A DNA stretch of 64,000 nt from Pocillopora damicornis. Its lineage: Eukaryota. Position 1 is the stretch's first letter. Each line of letters starts with the position of its first letter. Both the position numbers and the translations under genes were made by a program. The notes beneath the pieces were generated by a model, which was given only the letters and a program-made list of their open reading frames with translations, was not told the origin of the DNA and searched no databases. Below are positions 63,361 through 64,000 of this stretch, piece by piece. The stretch is from assembly GCF_003704095.1 (NCBI RefSeq), contig NW_020844184.1, positions 1-64,000 on the forward strand. The letters run 5' to 3'.

Positions 63361-64000
63361 CTAAATCTTAGACTGAAAAATAACTGACACCAATGCTAAA
63401 ATACACATCTATAGGACTAAATTTACCCCCTTTGGACAAGCATGTGTCCAAAGGGATTAGTTGTGAAACACACACCCTCTTATATCAGGCACTAGGAATT
63501 CAGTGTTTCATTTTGCATCAGTTTTCACTTCAAGCGTACACCAGAGATTTTGTACTGTTTTGTTTTTCTTCCCACCCACCCTCCCACCCTGGGTGATTTT
63601 GTGTGATGTTATAGGGTGGCAGAGAGGTTTATTAAGCATATCATTGGCTTTTGCTTACTGTTGGTTTGTATTCTTTATAAACTTCACACACAATTGTGTT
63701 TTATTTGTGTCAGGAGGCCTAGTTGAGGAAATGGTTTTTCATGTTTACATTTCAAGACATATGGGACTGTTGTTCTTTAACACAGTAATTTATCAAACAG
63801 TAACTGTGGGTGGCTTTATTTAGAAAAATTACTGAAACAGTGAGAATTTGAGGTCACAAACATACATGAACACTTTCACCAACTGATTGGCAGTATACAT
63901 CACTTCCTATTACTGCATGCATGCAATCCTATTTGTTCAGTAATAAAAGGGTTACTCAATTCGTAGCATTATATTTATTGAGACGCAAAAGGAATGAATT

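Overview
Eukaryotic, AT-rich, repeat-dense DNA. It is most likely from an anthozoan (stony coral), inferred from the PaxD-type genes and the repeat families. All translations and alignments were done by eye; no database searches were run. (1) About 1-26 kb is a stack of decayed mobile elements. It includes two blocks of a fossil Polinton/adintovirus-like virus. The replication block (~1.1-6 kb) has a Bro-N+VRR-NUC gene and a long gene with divergent family-B polymerase motifs, SF1/PIF1-like helicase motifs and a GIY-YIG domain. The morphogenesis block (~9.2-16 kb) has a penton-like minor capsid protein, an A32/FtsK-like packaging ATPase, a repeat-shaft fibre and a small membrane protein. RTE, L2/CR1 (with a 2A-like motif), Gypsy, Crypton and Tc1/IS630 remnants and a 72-bp satellite are interleaved. 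(2) About 27.9-43.5 kb holds two intact, convergent, 4-exon Pax3/7-class (PaxD) paralogues with identical intron positions and phases. They differ in the octapeptide and share an unusual C-terminal motif. (3) About 44-64 kb holds a possible decayed membrane-protein gene, Penelope elements with hammerhead-ribozyme motifs, a MULE transposon, and the 3' part of a multi-exon coiled-coil host gene on the minus strand. No major capsid protein, integrase or terminal repeat of the viral element was recognised. There are two N gaps (3504-3603 and 23546-23645).
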